A DNA stretch of 63,331 nt, filler included, from Thraustochytrium aureum (GCA_012862495.1; 8 parts of 5 records of this genome joined end to end with filler, not necessarily neighbours in it), one strand, 5' to 3'. Counted from the whole stretch's first letter, positions 1-12,971 are shown. Notes: generated from the letters alone by a model not told the origin. Program-made: numbers and translations.

Positions 1-1
1 T

Positions 2-2128
2 GCTGAAGCGTACCGCGCGATCTCCAAGTCGAATGAGGAGGCCCTGCAAAAGTTGAGCCGCGCCTCAGAGGCGTTCAAGCACGAGCACGAGTCCAAGATT
101 GCCGCCTTGGAGAAGGAGCGCGACGAGCTGGCAACCAAGCTGGCCCATGCTTCAAAGACGGCCGAGGACGAGCGCTCCGCGGTGGTGGCCAAGGCTGCTG
201 ATCTCGAGGAGCGCGTCGAGGGAGCGGAAAAGCGTGCCGCCGCCGCAACTGAGGCCCTCGCCGCGGCCAAGGCCGCGACAGAGCAGGCTCTGCAGGATGC
301 CCAGGTGCACAGCAAGGCAGCAAAGGAGTCGAAAGAGAACTACGAGCGCGAGCTGCAACTGCATGCGGCTGCAGCAAGCGAGTTGGCCGCGGCGCGAACG
401 CAGTTGGCCCGAGCCGACCAGGAGCGCGCAAAGGCCGCTGCAGAGCTCGCGAGCTTCCAAGAGTCACAGCGAACCGCAGAGCGCGCTTGGGAGGCGGAGA
501 AGGCCTCGCTGTCCAAGCAGGTCGCCTCGCTTCAGTCGCAAGTGAGCGACTTGAGCCGGCAGAACGATCTGCTGGCAGAGCAGGCCAACCAGCTCAATCA
601 ACGGGTGGGCCAATTGCAGGCGCAGGTTCTCGGCTCTGGCGAAGAAGGTGCAGTCGAGGTTGGTGGTGCCACGGTTGACGACGGCGAGGTCGCGCGGTTG
701 CGTGAGCTTCTTCAGATCACGCAGCGGCAGCGCGACGTCAACGTTGTCGAGAAGGAGGACTTGGAGCTGCAACTTTCGCGGAGCAAGCAGCAGCAGCAGC
801 GCGCTGAGCAAGAGGCGCAGTTGGCCAAGGAGCAGTTGCAGCGCGAAGTGGCGCGCCTGAGCGGACCGAACTCGAAGGTATTGAGCGTGGAGGAACACCA
901 GCGGCTCCTTGGGGCGACGTCAGAGAACGCCCTGTTGCGCACCATGAACGCGATGCTGACCGCGGAGCACGACAAGGCGAAGGCCAAGATCGTCGTGGTT
1001 GAGAAGGAGGCGGAGGAGTTGAAACAAAAGCTCAAGCCGCTGGAGGCGCAGCAGCGCGAGTTCGAGGCCATTCGCACCTCGCTGGAAGGGGACAAGGCTG
1101 CGTTGGAGCAGGAGACGAAGCGATACCGCGAGCGCTATGACCAGCTTCTCAAGCGCTTCGACACGGACAAAGTGGATCCGTCGGAGCATGAAAAGGTGAA
1201 GAGCGAGCTGGAGGCGGCGCAGCAGCGCCTCGGGGAAGAAGGTGCCAAGATGTCGCGGCTCCAAGAGCTCGCCCGCAAGCACCGCGACGAGGCGAAGGCC
1301 AACGCTGCGGCGCGGGGACAAGGCCAGCGAGGAGCTGAGCGCGCTCAAGAAAGATGCGGAGGCGCTCCGCGTCAAGGTGGCCGAAGCCGAGGCGAAGAGC
1401 AAGGAGAGCGCCAGCGCAGCCGCCGATGCCGACGCTGCAGAGGCTTCCAAGAAGCGCGTCGCGGAGCTCGAGTCGATGCTGCAAAAGAAGGAAAACCTGC
1501 TGCAGCGCATGCGCAAGGTGATCAACGACCTGAAGGAGAAGCTTGCGGAAGCCACGACGGCGGCCAAGGCGTCTGGGACGGCTCCGTCCAAGCTGCCCCC
1601 GCAGCAGAGCGAGGGCGAGCCTGGGAGCGGACCTGCTACGTCGCCAACCAAAGGCAAAAAGGACACGGCTGGAGCGGTTGCTGCCCTGGCCAAGGCCAAG
1701 GCGCGGAAGGAGGCGGCCGCGGCGCTTGCGAAAGCCAAGGCGAAGGTCAAGGCGAAGAAGTCGCCCACAGGCGACGACAACGAGCCCGTTACGGCGGCCG
1801 AGCAATCCGAGGGTTCAGCTGGCAAGGGCGCTGGGGAGGCGGCGGCACCGGCTCTGGCAGCTGGAAAGCGCAAGAGATCGCTTGACCCCGAGGCGCCGGC
1901 GTTTGCTCCCCAGAGCAAGCAGGGCTCTGGGAACGCAGAGGCGAGTGCTGAGGACGGCCGAGCCGATGGCGGCGCCGCCGCGGCAAGTTCGGGCGCCGGC
2001 GAGGCTGCGCATGGATCCGTGCCCCGGCGAAGAAGGGGCGAACGGCGAGCACGGATCGCGCTGAGATGGAGGCACGCATGCGCAAGCTCCGCGAACAGCT
2101 GGAGAAGAAGCGGAAAGCCAAGGCGTCC
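2..2128 (+). CDS. TPR: Nuclear basket coiled-coil nucleoporin TPR/Mlp1 (partial at both ends; two apparent frameshifts at ~1315 and ~2020)
   Basis: Frame is open from base 2 (AEAYRAISKSNEEALQKLSRASEAFK). It contains the TPR/MLP1 signature SKENYERELQLHAAAASEL and later ENALLR...RYDQLLKRF..VDP within a long heptad coiled coil. Reading continues in the 1242 ORF after an extra G in GGGG at ~1315, then in the 2066 frame (PAKKGRTASTDRAEMEARMRKLREQLEKKRK). Confidence 0.8.
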
Positions 2129-3105
2129 NNNNNNNNNNNNNNNNNNNNNNNNNNNNNNNNNNNNNNNNNNNNNNNNNNNNNNNNNNNNNNNNNNNNNNNN
2201 NNNNNNNNNNNNNNNNNNNNNNNNNNNNNNNNNNNNNNNNNNNNNNNNNNNNNNNNNNNNNNNNNNNNNNNNNNNNNNNNNNNNNNNNNNNNNNNNNNNN
2301 NNNNNNNNNNNNNNNNNNNNNNNNNNNNNNNNNNNNNNNNNNNNNNNNNNNNNNNNNNNNNNNNNNNNNNNNNNNNNNNNNNNNNNNNNNNNNNNNNNNN
2401 NNNNNNNNNNNNNNNNNNNNNNNNNNNNNNNNNNNNNNNNNNNNNNNNNNNNNNNNNNNNNNNNNNNNNNNNNNNNNNNNNNNNNNNNNNNNNNNNNNNN
2501 NNNNNNNNNNNNNNNNNNNNNNNNNNNNNNNNNNNNNNNNNNNNNNNNNNNNNNNNNNNNNNNNNNNNNNNNNNNNNNNNNNNNNNNNNNNNNNNNNNNN
2601 NNNNNNNNNNNNNNNNNNNNNNNNNNNNNNNNNNNNNNNNNNNNNNNNNNNNNNNNNNNNNNNNNNNNNNNNNNNNNNNNNNNNNNNNNNNNNNNNNNNN
2701 NNNNNNNNNNNNNNNNNNNNNNNNNNNNNNNNNNNNNNNNNNNNNNNNNNNNNNNNNNNNNNNNNNNNNNNNNNNNNNNNNNNNNNNNNNNNNNNNNNNN
2801 NNNNNNNNNNNNNNNNNNNNNNNNNNNNNNNNNNNNNNNNNNNNNNNNNNNNNNNNNNNNNNNNNNNNNNNNNNNNNNNNNNNNNNNNNNNNNNNNNNNN
2901 NNNNNNNNNNNNNNNNNNNNNNNNNNNNNNNNNNNNNNNNNNNNNNNNNNNNNNNNNNNNNNNNNNNNNNNNNNNNNNNNNNNNNNNNNNNNNNNNNNNN
3001 NNNNNNNNNNNNNNNNNNNNNNNNNNNNNNNNNNNNNNNNNNNNNNNNNNNNNNNNNNNNNNNNNNNNNNNNNNNNNNNNNNNNNNNNNNNNNNNNNNNN
3101 NNNNN

Positions 3106-3615
3106 NGGGGGCCGCTTTCGCTTGCCCTGCGGGAGCTCGAGGCGCGGGAACGCTTGCGCGAGGCGCACGTTCAGATAGTGGTGCGCGCTGCGCGCGTTCG
3201 AGTATGTGGTTTTGCGCCAGGCGAGCTCGCTCTGCAGCGAGTGCGCCAGGTCGCGCGCCACGCCCTTGATGGCAATCGTGCGCGACGCCTCGGCGTCCTC
3301 GTAGTACGTAATCGCCGTCTCGCCCGCCACGGGCCCCTGGAGCGAGCCAGGCAGGCCTTGCCCCGTCAACCTCCTGTCCCCGGAGACCGCCAGCAGTTCG
3401 CCGTTATCAAAATCGCAAATATCCCTGTGCACGCTCTCCAGCAGCTCCCTGACGCCGACCTCCTGCGCTTCAAGCGCGTCCAGCGCCCGTTCCCTGTCCG
3501 CAGCCGTCTGCGCAGAAGCGCCGGCGCCGCTTTGCCCGAGGACCTGCACAAGCGCGAGGCCTTCGGCCCGGACGCGCTCGACCTGCACGACCACCTGGTT
3601 CAACAAGTCGTCCAT
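3106..3615 (-). CDS. MED27: Probable Mediator subunit MED27, N-terminal part (3' end lost in N gap)
   Basis: ATG at 3615 (MDDLLNQVVVQVERVRAE). The blocks RERAL, LESVHRDI, LQGPVAGET, LAHSLQSELAWRKTTYSNARSAHHYLN and GKRKRP line up in order with my recollection of metazoan MED27 (REKAF, LHSVNRDL, LDPVQDKT, LYSQLLQAYKWSNKLQYHAGLASGLLN, AKRRP). Alignment by eye only. Confidence 0.55.
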
Positions 3616-3649
3616 CGCGACACCTCGAGCAAGAGCACAAAGCGCGCAA

Positions 3650-3727
3650 CAAGACAAGCGCGACAAGCGCCGAGCAAGCGCCGAGCAAGCGACCGAGCAA
3701 GCGACCGAGCGACCGAGCGACCGAGCG
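3650..3727. repeat. Degenerate short tandem repeat (CGAGCAAGCG / GACCGAGC) upstream of the MED27-like gene
   Basis: cgacaagcgccgagcaagcgccgagcaagcgaccgagcaagcgaccgagcgaccgagcgaccgagcg read directly. Confidence 0.7.
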
Positions 3728-5347
3728 CGCCTTTCGCGTCGCGACTTGTTCGCGGTCTGCCGCAGCCCAATCGGCATCCATCTATGGAGAGAACAGACGA
3801 AGCCGTTCCTGCATAGAGAATACGTTTTGTTCTTCCAAAGGATTGATCTCGGGGCACCCGCTCGTGCTCAGCCGCAGCCGAAAGGAAACCCAAATGCTGT
3901 GTCGCGAAGCGCGGCAAAAACCAAAACGTGGTTGCTGCAGTGCTCTTGAGCGAGCGAGAGGAGCCATTCTCGGAGGCTGACTTGAGGACAACACAGTCGA
4001 TTGAGGATCAAGGGAACCTACTGTGTGCTGTGGGTAGGCATATGCAGGTTGTTCGAGTGGATGGGGCGCGTGTGTCTTGAGAGGGCGGTTTAAATGTGCG
4101 AGCCAGGAGGGCCTTCTCCTTCACTCAATTCGAACATGATCAGAAAGAAGAATGAAGTGGTTGACACTTGCTTTGACAGTATTGAAAGATGAGGAACCTG
4201 CTGGGTGCAAGGGAAAGGCGTGAGTATTGAGAAAGGGCTCCGTCTGGAGGACCTGGTGAGTCTCTCTCTTTCCAAAAAGGGCGATTGAGTCCACTGTGTG
4301 CTGAAAGGAAAGGCCACCCCGCTCGGTCTGGTCGAGAGGATCACTGTGGGCCTGTCACATAACGGTCGCGATCAGTTCACCTTCGGCCATAACGGCGGCG
4401 AACGGCACAGCTCTGCTTTTGTAGCCTTCTACCACGTTGTGGCTGCGGGAACCTGCGCTCTTGTGATTGAAGGGCGGCTACTCGCTTGTTTTGTTGTTTG
4501 GGGATTGATTCTTCTTCTCCTTCAACGTTTCGAGGTTTCGTTGTGCGGCTGCGAAGAGTCTCCCGAGTCCCGAGCCGTGCGGTAAAGTGAGTAGAGTACT
4601 CGAAGTGGATGCACACGCTTCAGTCCGAACGAAGAAGCGCTGGCGGTGGAGCGCGACGGATCGGTGGCCAGCACGCGAGGAGCCTTATTCAACGGCGAAC
4701 ACTCTTGAGCGTCGGACTGCAGGACACTTGAGGGCACCGTTTGCAGCCAAGCCTTGGAGCCGCTCCAAGATTGTGAGGGAGGCCGTTGCTTCGGAATGGG
4801 AATCTCTTTGTACATCGCATCCCTGGTTCAAAAGGACCGATACCGGTATATCCACTGGTGGTCAAACATGCGGCTGGCTGGCTCACTCACTCACTCCCTG
4901 TGAGGGCGGCGAGTCCGAAGCGCGAAAACAACTCGAGCAAGTGAGCCGCCTCTTTCCGCCGTTGAGCAGCACGACGTGTCTCGACAGCCGACAGTTACCC
5001 TGTGGCGACTGGTCGCGCGCGTTGCGTCCGCCAGTGGTTGTTGTTTTTGCCTCCAGGTGAATGAATGCATGAAGGAAAGAACGAAGGGTGACGCCCGGGA
5101 GGAGGAAGTCGCCCCGAATCACAACCTGCCACCAACCCAGTATTTTGCGTGCGCCGTCAAGAGTTCGTTTCCTACTGGCCACCCAGGCTTGTGAGCCGCA
5201 TGTTTGACAGACGGCCTTCATGATGCTGTTGTTGTATGGTAGGTAGTGGCTGCACGACTGGGCTGTGCCGGGGGTTGTGGTTATTCCCAACTCGACGGCC
5301 CAAGAACTGTTGGATTTGGATTCTGCTTGGCGGCCCTGGACGGCTCG

Positions 5348-5390
5348 CTGGCTGGCTGGCTGGCTGGCGGGCGGGCGGGCGGGCGGGCGC
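5348..5390. repeat. Compound microsatellite (GCTG)n(GCGG)n
   Basis: ctggctggctggctggctggcgggcgggcgggcgggcgggcg read directly. Confidence 0.8.
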
Positions 5391-6098
5391 GCTGGTGACT
5401 CGCGTTGGAAAGGGAGCACCTACTACCTCCTCCACTTCCTGCTTCCTCTTCGGAACTACCTCCTTTGCTTTCCCTTTCGAGGAAGGGGCCAGTGAAAGAG
5501 GCTTGAGCGGTCGGCCGTTCGAACGCCCGAATTTTCCCTCCCGCCACAGTGTGAGCGGGATCAAACTCACCAACTCTTACTCAAATACTAGCAAAAGTCC
5601 TAGTGCGGTTGCAGCGCTCCTTCCTCCTCCCGGAGAATCCACAGCTTCCACACCTTCCACTACAGTCCGCTGGGAGATTGGAGGGGGCGGCGAAAGGCAG
5701 CGAGGCCCAACGGCGGTTGCGCTCCTGGCGCCGTCCACAGGGCCTCGCGCGCCGCCCCACAGGGCCCCGTGCGGCGCTGCTGGAGTGGGGCCTCCCTCCT
5801 CAAAGGGCGGGTCCCCCCGCCCACGAGTAGGCTATGAGCCCTATTCCTCCACTGCCTCTCTCTCCCTCCTCCGCGCAAGAAGCACAAACGTCGCCGAGCC
5901 GGGAGCGTCTCATTCGGAAGGATACTTAGGTAAGTAGAGTCCTCTCTTGCGGAGCAGCGCTGCAGGCTGTGAGGCCCTTCCGAAAGCGTTTGCTCTTTTA
6001 TCGCGCAGCGCATGGCATGTAAGTACCTGTAGCCTACCCTACTCTACTGTAAGCTCTTCCCTGTCCACGTCCACCGGCGCATCCGCGGGCAGGTAGTA

Positions 6099-6198
6099 NN
6101 NNNNNNNNNNNNNNNNNNNNNNNNNNNNNNNNNNNNNNNNNNTTAATTAATTAANNNNNNNNNNNNNNNNNNNNNNNNNNNNNNNNNNNNNNNNNNNN
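6099..6198. other. Artificial scaffold-joining linker N44-TTAATTAATTAA-N44
   Basis: Exact 100-bp spacer with stops in all six frames. The same linker recurs at 14197-14296, 23866-23965, 28831-28930, 38754-38853, 52211-52310 and 62229-62328. Confidence 0.97.
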
Positions 6199-8781
6199 CG
6201 GCGGCGGCGGCGGCGGCGGGAGCGGCGGCGGCGGTGGTGAAAACTCCGCCGTGCGTCCGCTACCGCTGCCCGAGAGCTCTTATTCGCGCGGCATCACCCC
6301 AGAGCTCATCAACAAGTTCTCGTTCGAGCGTCTTCCGAATGGCAAGCGATGCGTCACGTGCAACGTGCTGGACCAAACAAAGTTTTTCAACTGGCTTCTC
6401 AAGCACCACAGCGCAGCCCTCACCCCATCGCAGTATCGCAGCTCGATTCGTATGATCATTGAGCGGAACGCCAATGGAATTATCGATCCCCAAGTTCGCG
6501 AGCTGCTCTGCGCCAAAATTCGCGGCTATGGCAAGAAGTCGTGGGGCTTCCAAAACAAGCTCAAGCTCAAGCGGGACTCCAAGGCCTCTCCGACTACGCC
6601 ACAAGCCCCAGTGTCGCAGCCGCCGCAGCAGCAACAGCCAAAGCCGACAAAGCAGGTCGTGCAAGTTGGGCAACCGTCGGTACCGCAGCAGCAGCAGCTG
6701 CTGCAGCAGCAGCCCCAGCAGCAACAACCTCAGTCGGTGCCCTTGCCGATGCCGCAATTCACCGGCACCGCCACTTTCCCGCAGCGGGTGCCCATTCCTG
6801 TTGGTCAGGTGCCGCCCTTTCCCTTCCGATCAGCGGGGCAACCAAGCAACACCCCGTCACAGCAGCAGCAGCAAGCACATCAGCGATCCCCTCCTGAGCC
6901 GCCATCCAAAACAAAGGCGAGTCGGGGCCGCGGTCGGCCCCGCAAGAGCGAGACATCGCCAGAGCAGTCTGAGATCAACTCGCCCCCCAGCCGTCCAGCA
7001 CGATCAACCCAGCCAAGTCGCCGCCGCTCCCACTGCAGCTGCAGCAGCAACCACAAGCGCAACCGCAGCAGGCCCAAGGTGTCACCGAAGTCACAAACAC
7101 ACGCCCGCTGTCATCCATCGATTCGCGCGGTTCCTCCGGACCTTCGAAGAGCGCTGCTCTCACTCCTTTTGAAGCGCAGCAGTCGGGCCGTTGGGCTGCA
7201 ATGGCTTCAAATCACCGTCGCCAGACGGCAGGACACCCAAGCCGCCCAAATGTTGCTTCTCATCACAAGCAGCCCACCTTCGCCGAGCAGCCCACCCTTT
7301 CCACCGCGCGGTCTGCGTCCTTAGCCAAGCTTGGGATGCCCTTCAACCAGCAGCTTCAAACGCAACAGGTTGGCTTTAACGCCATTTCCAACAGCAACGC
7401 TTCCGCCGCCTTCAACACGCAAATCAAGCAGCAGCAATCTGGGGAGTCGAATACTGACCAGCTGCCGCTCCAGCAACCGCAGCAGCTGTTCCTCCAGCAA
7501 CAATTGGCTCAAGCAAAGCAGGAGCAACCTAGCCCAGACCACCACCAACAGCTGCTCCAGAGGTCATCGACCTCTGAACAGAGCTCGCCGGCACTGCAGC
7601 CAGAGTCTAGGCTCTTCAACTTTCCGCAATCCGCTTTACTTCAGCAAGTGCAGTCGCAGCAGCCGCCGTCACTCCAACATATGGTTTTCCTGGGAGGCCA
7701 GCAGCTCGAGCAACAGCAGCAGCAACAGCAGCAGCAGCGACAGCAGCAGCAAGATGAAGAGAACCAGGCTGTCGTGCATCAAATCTTGCAGCAGCTCGCG
7801 CTGCAAGGCTATTCAGACCGGACTCAAATGCAGCAGATCGCCAATCAGCTGCTGCTCAACATGCAGCAACAGCAGCAGCAACAACAACAGCCGCTGTCGC
7901 AGAACCAACCGCAGGAACAGAGCTCGATTTTTGCTGGAGGGGTGCAGTTTGGGAAGGGCATCGGTGCTGCCCAAAGCGAGTCGCAGACAGTGCAGCAACG
8001 GCAGCAGCCCATGCAGCTTCCGGTGCAAGACAGCGAGTTGCAGCCAAATCTGCAACAGATGATGATCGCCATGTTGCAACAGCAGGACCAACAACAGCAG
8101 CAACAGCAGCAGCAGTTTCAGCAGCAGCAGCAGCAACAAAAGCAGCAGCAGCAGCAACAACAACAGCATTTGCAGCAGCAGCAGCTCGACATCCAGCTCC
8201 AGCTTCAGCAGCTTCAGCAGCTGCAACAACACCAGCACCCAGGTGTCTCCCAGCAGCAGCTCCAACACCAGCAGCAGCTCTACCAGCTTCAACTGCAGCA
8301 GCTCCAGCAAGAGCAGCAGCAGCAGCAACAGCAACAACAACAGCAGCAGGCCGCGCTTCAACAGCAACAGCAAGAGCAGCAACTNNNNNNNNNNNNNNNN
8401 NNNNNNNNNNNNNNNNNNNNNNNNNNNNNNNNNNNNNNNNNNNNNNNNNNNNNNNNNNNNNNNNNNNNNNNNNNNNNNNNNNNNNNNNNNNNNNNNNNNN
8501 NNNNNNNNNNNNNNNNNNNNNNNNNNNNNNNNNNNNNNNACCACAACAGCAGCCGTTGCATTCAGCAGCAGCAGCAGCAGCAGCAACTGTCGCAACCGCA
8601 GCAACAGTATGCGATGCAGCAGCAACAGCAGCAACAGCAACTGCTGTTGGCTCAGCAACAGGCCCTACTCCTACAGCAGCAGCAACAGCCGCAACAGCAA
8701 CAGCTTGTGGCAAACCAAGGCGGGCAGTTTTTCAGCCTGGGGGGAACATTCCAGGCCGTCGGGCCGCAGTTTGCAATGTGA
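6199..8781 (+). CDS. Glutamine-rich putative transcription regulator with N-terminal globular domain and AT-hook (5' partial; frameshift at ~6985; internal gap)
   Basis: N-terminal ~110-aa ordered segment (FSFERLPNGKRCVTCNVLDQTKFFNWLLKHH...KSWGF), AT-hook RGRGRPRK at ~6925, then extensive polyQ. Removing one C from the C6 run at ~6983-6988 joins the 6251 ORF to the 7201 ORF frame (PSSTINPAKSPPLPLQLQQQPQAQ...). Stop TGA at 8779-8781. Confidence 0.7.
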
Positions 8782-9400
8782 ACGACAACTTGATTGAGAT
8801 TGACAACGGAAAATTTGATCTTCGAGTCTTTTGTTGTTGCCCAAAAGGTCGCCAAGGAGGTGCGAGGACTCAATCGGTGAGTGTTAAAGTTCTCCACCCA
8901 TCAGGCGGGACCGTTCTTGAAAGCCTACCTGCCTCCACGCCCATGTGATCATGCTAGCTTTCGGTGATCGAATCGATCCACGCGGAGTGCATCAAGCACA
9001 CCCTGAGACACGGACCCTCCGTTTCAACCCTTTTCGTGAAATCAAAAGAACAATGCACAGCATGCGCCTACTTACGCTGGCTTGCACAATGATGATCGGG
9101 TGTCGGCAAGGTCGGAAACCTCGGTCAACCACGTCGAGCGACTTCGAAACGAAACACTAGTACGACGTACCCATGGTCCAGGCTGGGCCAGCAATTTTTT
9201 ACGAACCGCTTTGATCAAGATGCGCTAGGAGAGCGCGACGGAGAAGAGACGGTTGGAGCGAGCGAAGATGTTCCGCGGATGTGTCGCGATAAAAAACTTC
9301 GATTCTGTAGTTGTGGGTGTTGCGGCATGTGTTCGGGGACGAGCTGGCGACGAAAGCATATCGCGGCCAAGCCCACCTCCCAAACCCTGTGGCTGTCCAG

Positions 9401-12400
9401 CTAGAGCGGGTCCAGCCGAAACGTGCCCGAGTCGGCGCTCGATACAGAGTCGCGACGCGACAGAGCATGGTACTCGACCGGTGTACCCTCAAAGGTGTAG
9501 TCATTGCGGACCATCCCAACGCGCTGAAAGAATCGCCAGAAGAATATTGGCAGCCCAGCGTAAAGGCTGCCCGGCATCCCACTCGCCGTGACATAGCCTT
9601 GCGTCGGGCTAAGAACGTCCATGTGCTGCCGGATAAGCTCGTTGGTGATCATGCGCGGCCCTCGCGGGCGCGGTACCGCTTGGTGTCCGCCCTGGTCAAA
9701 GCCAGCGCCCTCTGCAGCTTGGGCCTCGTCGCCGCCACTGGCATCGCTCTCGTTCTCCTCTTCGTCGATGCGGTGAAGGAGCGGGGAGCTGAGCGATGCA
9801 GAGAGCTCTGCTGCCTTGCGCGTGATCTCGCGCACCCCGGCTCGCTCGGAGAGCATCGTCGCGAACTGGACCTGGACAACATGCTCGACAACCTTCTCTA
9901 GCACCACAGCGGACACGAGCCAGCCGTAGCCGGGCAGGAGGCGCTGCTGCTCAATGATAAAATCCCCAATGGCAGGCAGAAAACGCTCCAAGAACCTGTC
10001 CAGCCCGGCGAGCCCTGCGCTCTCGATGAGCTGCAGCGTAAACTTGCCGACGTCCAAGTATGTGAAAAACAGACACACCGTGAAGACATCGAGCGCCGAC
10101 CATGCGCTTACGATCTCCATCGCCCAGATCATGCGCCGCTGCATCCGCGGGCTCATTGGCACGAGCCACATGCTCGCCAGGCCCACGACGTGCACGACGG
10201 GCATCCACACCACGAACAGCGCCATCGAACTGCTTAGCGACCACGCCGACTTGCCAAACAGCCCTGCGCGCTCCAACGCGCCGGGCAGCCTGCGCACCGA
10301 CAGCGTCACGTTGCGTTGCTCCACGGGAATCACAAAATCGCCTACGAGCCCGGAACGCTCAAACCTGAACGAGTCTACGCTTTGCCCGACTAGAACAGCC
10401 GCCAGAGCGGCGCCAATGAGCGCCACAACCACCGCCTTGCCAAATGCCGTGCACCGTACGAAGCGGCCAGGGAAAGGCGAAAAGATGTGGTTGCAAAGGG
10501 CTTCTTCCCGATGCGTTTCGTAAAAAGACGACCTGGCCGTCCATCGCTCTGTCCGCAAACGCGATGTGCTCCCCANNNNNNNNNNNNNNNNNNNNNNNNN
10601 NNNNNNNNNNNNNNNNNNNNNNNNNNNNNNNNNNNNNNNNNNNNNNNNNNNNNNNNNNNNNNNNNNNNNNNNNNNNNNNNNNNNNNNNNNNNNNNNNNNN
10701 NNNNNNNNNNNNNNNNNNNNNNNNNNNNNNNNNNNNNNNNNNNNNGCTGCACTCCGGCGGGCCGCGCCTGGTCCTGCGCAGACTCGCCGTTCCCGCGACG
10801 GCGGTGCGGCGCGGTGCCTCCGCCGGCGCCGCTGAACCGGGTCTTGCGGGCGGTTGGTCGCTCTTGGCTAGCTCCAGACTCGGTGCTGTCCGCCACGGTG
10901 TCCGGCCCGCTGAGGCCCTGGCCCGCGCCTGAAGGAGGCGGAGGCGGAGATCGGCTCTCCATGTCTTCCTGCTGGTCCTCCTCAACTTCGTTATCATCGA
11001 GGCTGATCTCGCCGAGGGCCGCTGCACTCATGGCACCGCCAGCTGCTTCGTTCGGCGACCTGCCGCCGCCCCGCTGCTGCCCGCTCCGTCGTTGGCGAAA
11101 CATGTCTTGGCTCTCCATCATCATTTGGAAGGGCGTGTCCTGCACGCTGAAGAGGCTCGCGCCGCCACGGCCGACTTGCTCTCCGCTGCTTGAGGGCTCG
11201 GGTTGGCGATCCCTCGTGAAAGAAGGTTGCGGCTGGCAGCGGCGCCACCCCAGCTCTTTTCCTCCTTGGATCGGCGCTCTTCCTCCCACCGCTTGCTGTA
11301 CCTGTGCGCGGCGACGTAAAGCTCGCCCATGAACATCGAGAGCACGAACGAGATGACAAATCCGTAGGTACCGAACCCGGGGTTTATGGCAAACTCGATA
11401 CGGACCCGCAGGCTGTGAAACGGCCACACCAAAAGGGGTACCAGGTACCAGGGCACAATCACGACACGCGTGAACTGGTTGACGATGGCCAGCAAACTGT
11501 TGATGAAAAGATTGGCCAAGGTCACCTTGCCCAAGGCGTCCACCCAAGCAAAGAGGCGGCCTCGCAACACCTCCTCCGCGGGCGTGTACCAGAACCAGGA
11601 CCAGATCAGGACCTTTACAACAGGCCACACGAACGTTGAAACGAGTTGAACGACCCCAAACCAGAGCGACCCAGACTTGAAGAACACGTTGACGGTGGTG
11701 ATCGGGCTAAATTCGATCACTTGCTCGAGCATCGAGTAGCGCTCTCGCTCAAACCGGCCGCGCTGGGGGTCAGCGCCTGTGGCAGCGAAAAACTCGTTGA
11801 TTGCCGCAGCTGTGAGATTGACGAGAGGGTCAAGCTGGGCACCCTCGCTGTGAATGGTGTGGTGGTCGATCTCGTCGATCTCGACGTGAACGGCATAGGC
11901 TAGGCCGTTCATGATCCACAAGCCGAGGATCACCGCGTGCGCGATGTTGAAGAGGGATGGCAGCGCGTTGATCAAATGGCGCACCAGCAGACCACGGTGC
12001 GAGTAGCGGCGAAGAAAGGCCCCGTACAGCGAGTAGTGGCGCGCGAATCGAAAGCGGCTCGGCATAACGGCGCTCGGCGACAGGAGCGCGCTCAGGCTCG
12101 GCGTCATGGCCCCCGGCGAGGGGGACGGCGTGTCAACATTGTCCCCGAAAAGCGGCGAGTAGGTGTGACGCCATTCGAGCCCCATGCCCTCGCCCGACGG
12201 CGCCAGGGCGGCGCTGTGCTCGAGCGTAAGACGGCGGATTAGCAGAGCCTCGCGCCACTTGAGGCCAAAGAGCACTGTCGAGAACAGGGTGCCGACCATC
12301 GCGGCAAGGCAAAACGCAAAAGCGGGCCCGGGGAAAAGGCACTGCATGGGTCCGTCGAGGCGCCCGTGCCGCACAAAGTTGAGAATGCTTGGCGGCTGGA

Positions 12401-12971
12401 ACGAGCAGCTGATCCCGTCGTACTTGTTGAAGAACCCGCGGCTTAGCGCCAAATAGTGCTCCTCAGAGAAGAGAGGGCTTGTTTGCATCACCACCAGCAC
12501 GGCGCTCATGCACCCGAGAGCGCACAGCAACAGCAGGGTCGCGCCAGCGCTGCACAGGATTTGGGTGCGAAACCGGCGGAATGCGTGGGCGGCCACGCCG
12601 GAGGCGACGCCGAGCAATACAAAGACCCCGGCAAGAGAAACGAGGACCTTGGCCGCTCGCGTCGTGCGGCACATGCCTTCTCTGTGGCTGTCGCTGTACT
12701 CGACGCTTGTGTCGGTCCCGTTGCAGTACGCCTCCCAGGTGGACGCCCCTCGGCTCGCCTCCCTGTTGCACTTCAGGCCGAGTTGATCGATGTCGGCGCC
12801 CCACCTGACGCTGGTATCCCATATGCCTTCCCCGAACCAGCAGAACGATTCGACCAGCTCCGTCCGGCTCACCAGCCACATGGGCGTCCAGGCGCACAGA
12901 GCGACGCAGACGGCGCTAAACAGCCCAAACGAAAGCCCGCCGGCCACGAAACCGCGCGCCATCTCTGACAC
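9401..12971 (-). CDS. Multi-pass membrane protein: N-terminal claudin/PMP22-like 4-TM domain plus two PqiA-like domains (frameshift ~11245, gap 10576-10745)
   Basis: N-terminus has TM-W...GIW...C...C-TM-TM-TM topology. PqiA-like segment 1: TFVWPVVKVLIW...WVDALGKVTLANLFINSLL. PqiA-like segment 2: LFVVWMPVVHVV...MEIVSAWSALDVFTVCLF. An acidic/low-complexity linker lies in the 10390 ORF frame. Confidence 0.65.

Noticed and set aside
4000..5940. Several 80-230-aa ORFs
   Set aside because: No recognisable motifs or consistent codon bias, and they include microsatellite-derived sequence. Left unannotated.
9212..9400. In-frame continuation of about 60 codons after the TAG of the PqiA-like gene (possible readthrough or alternative code)
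   Set aside because: This length is expected by chance at this GC content, and TAG terminates MANF right after RDEL, so the standard code applies.
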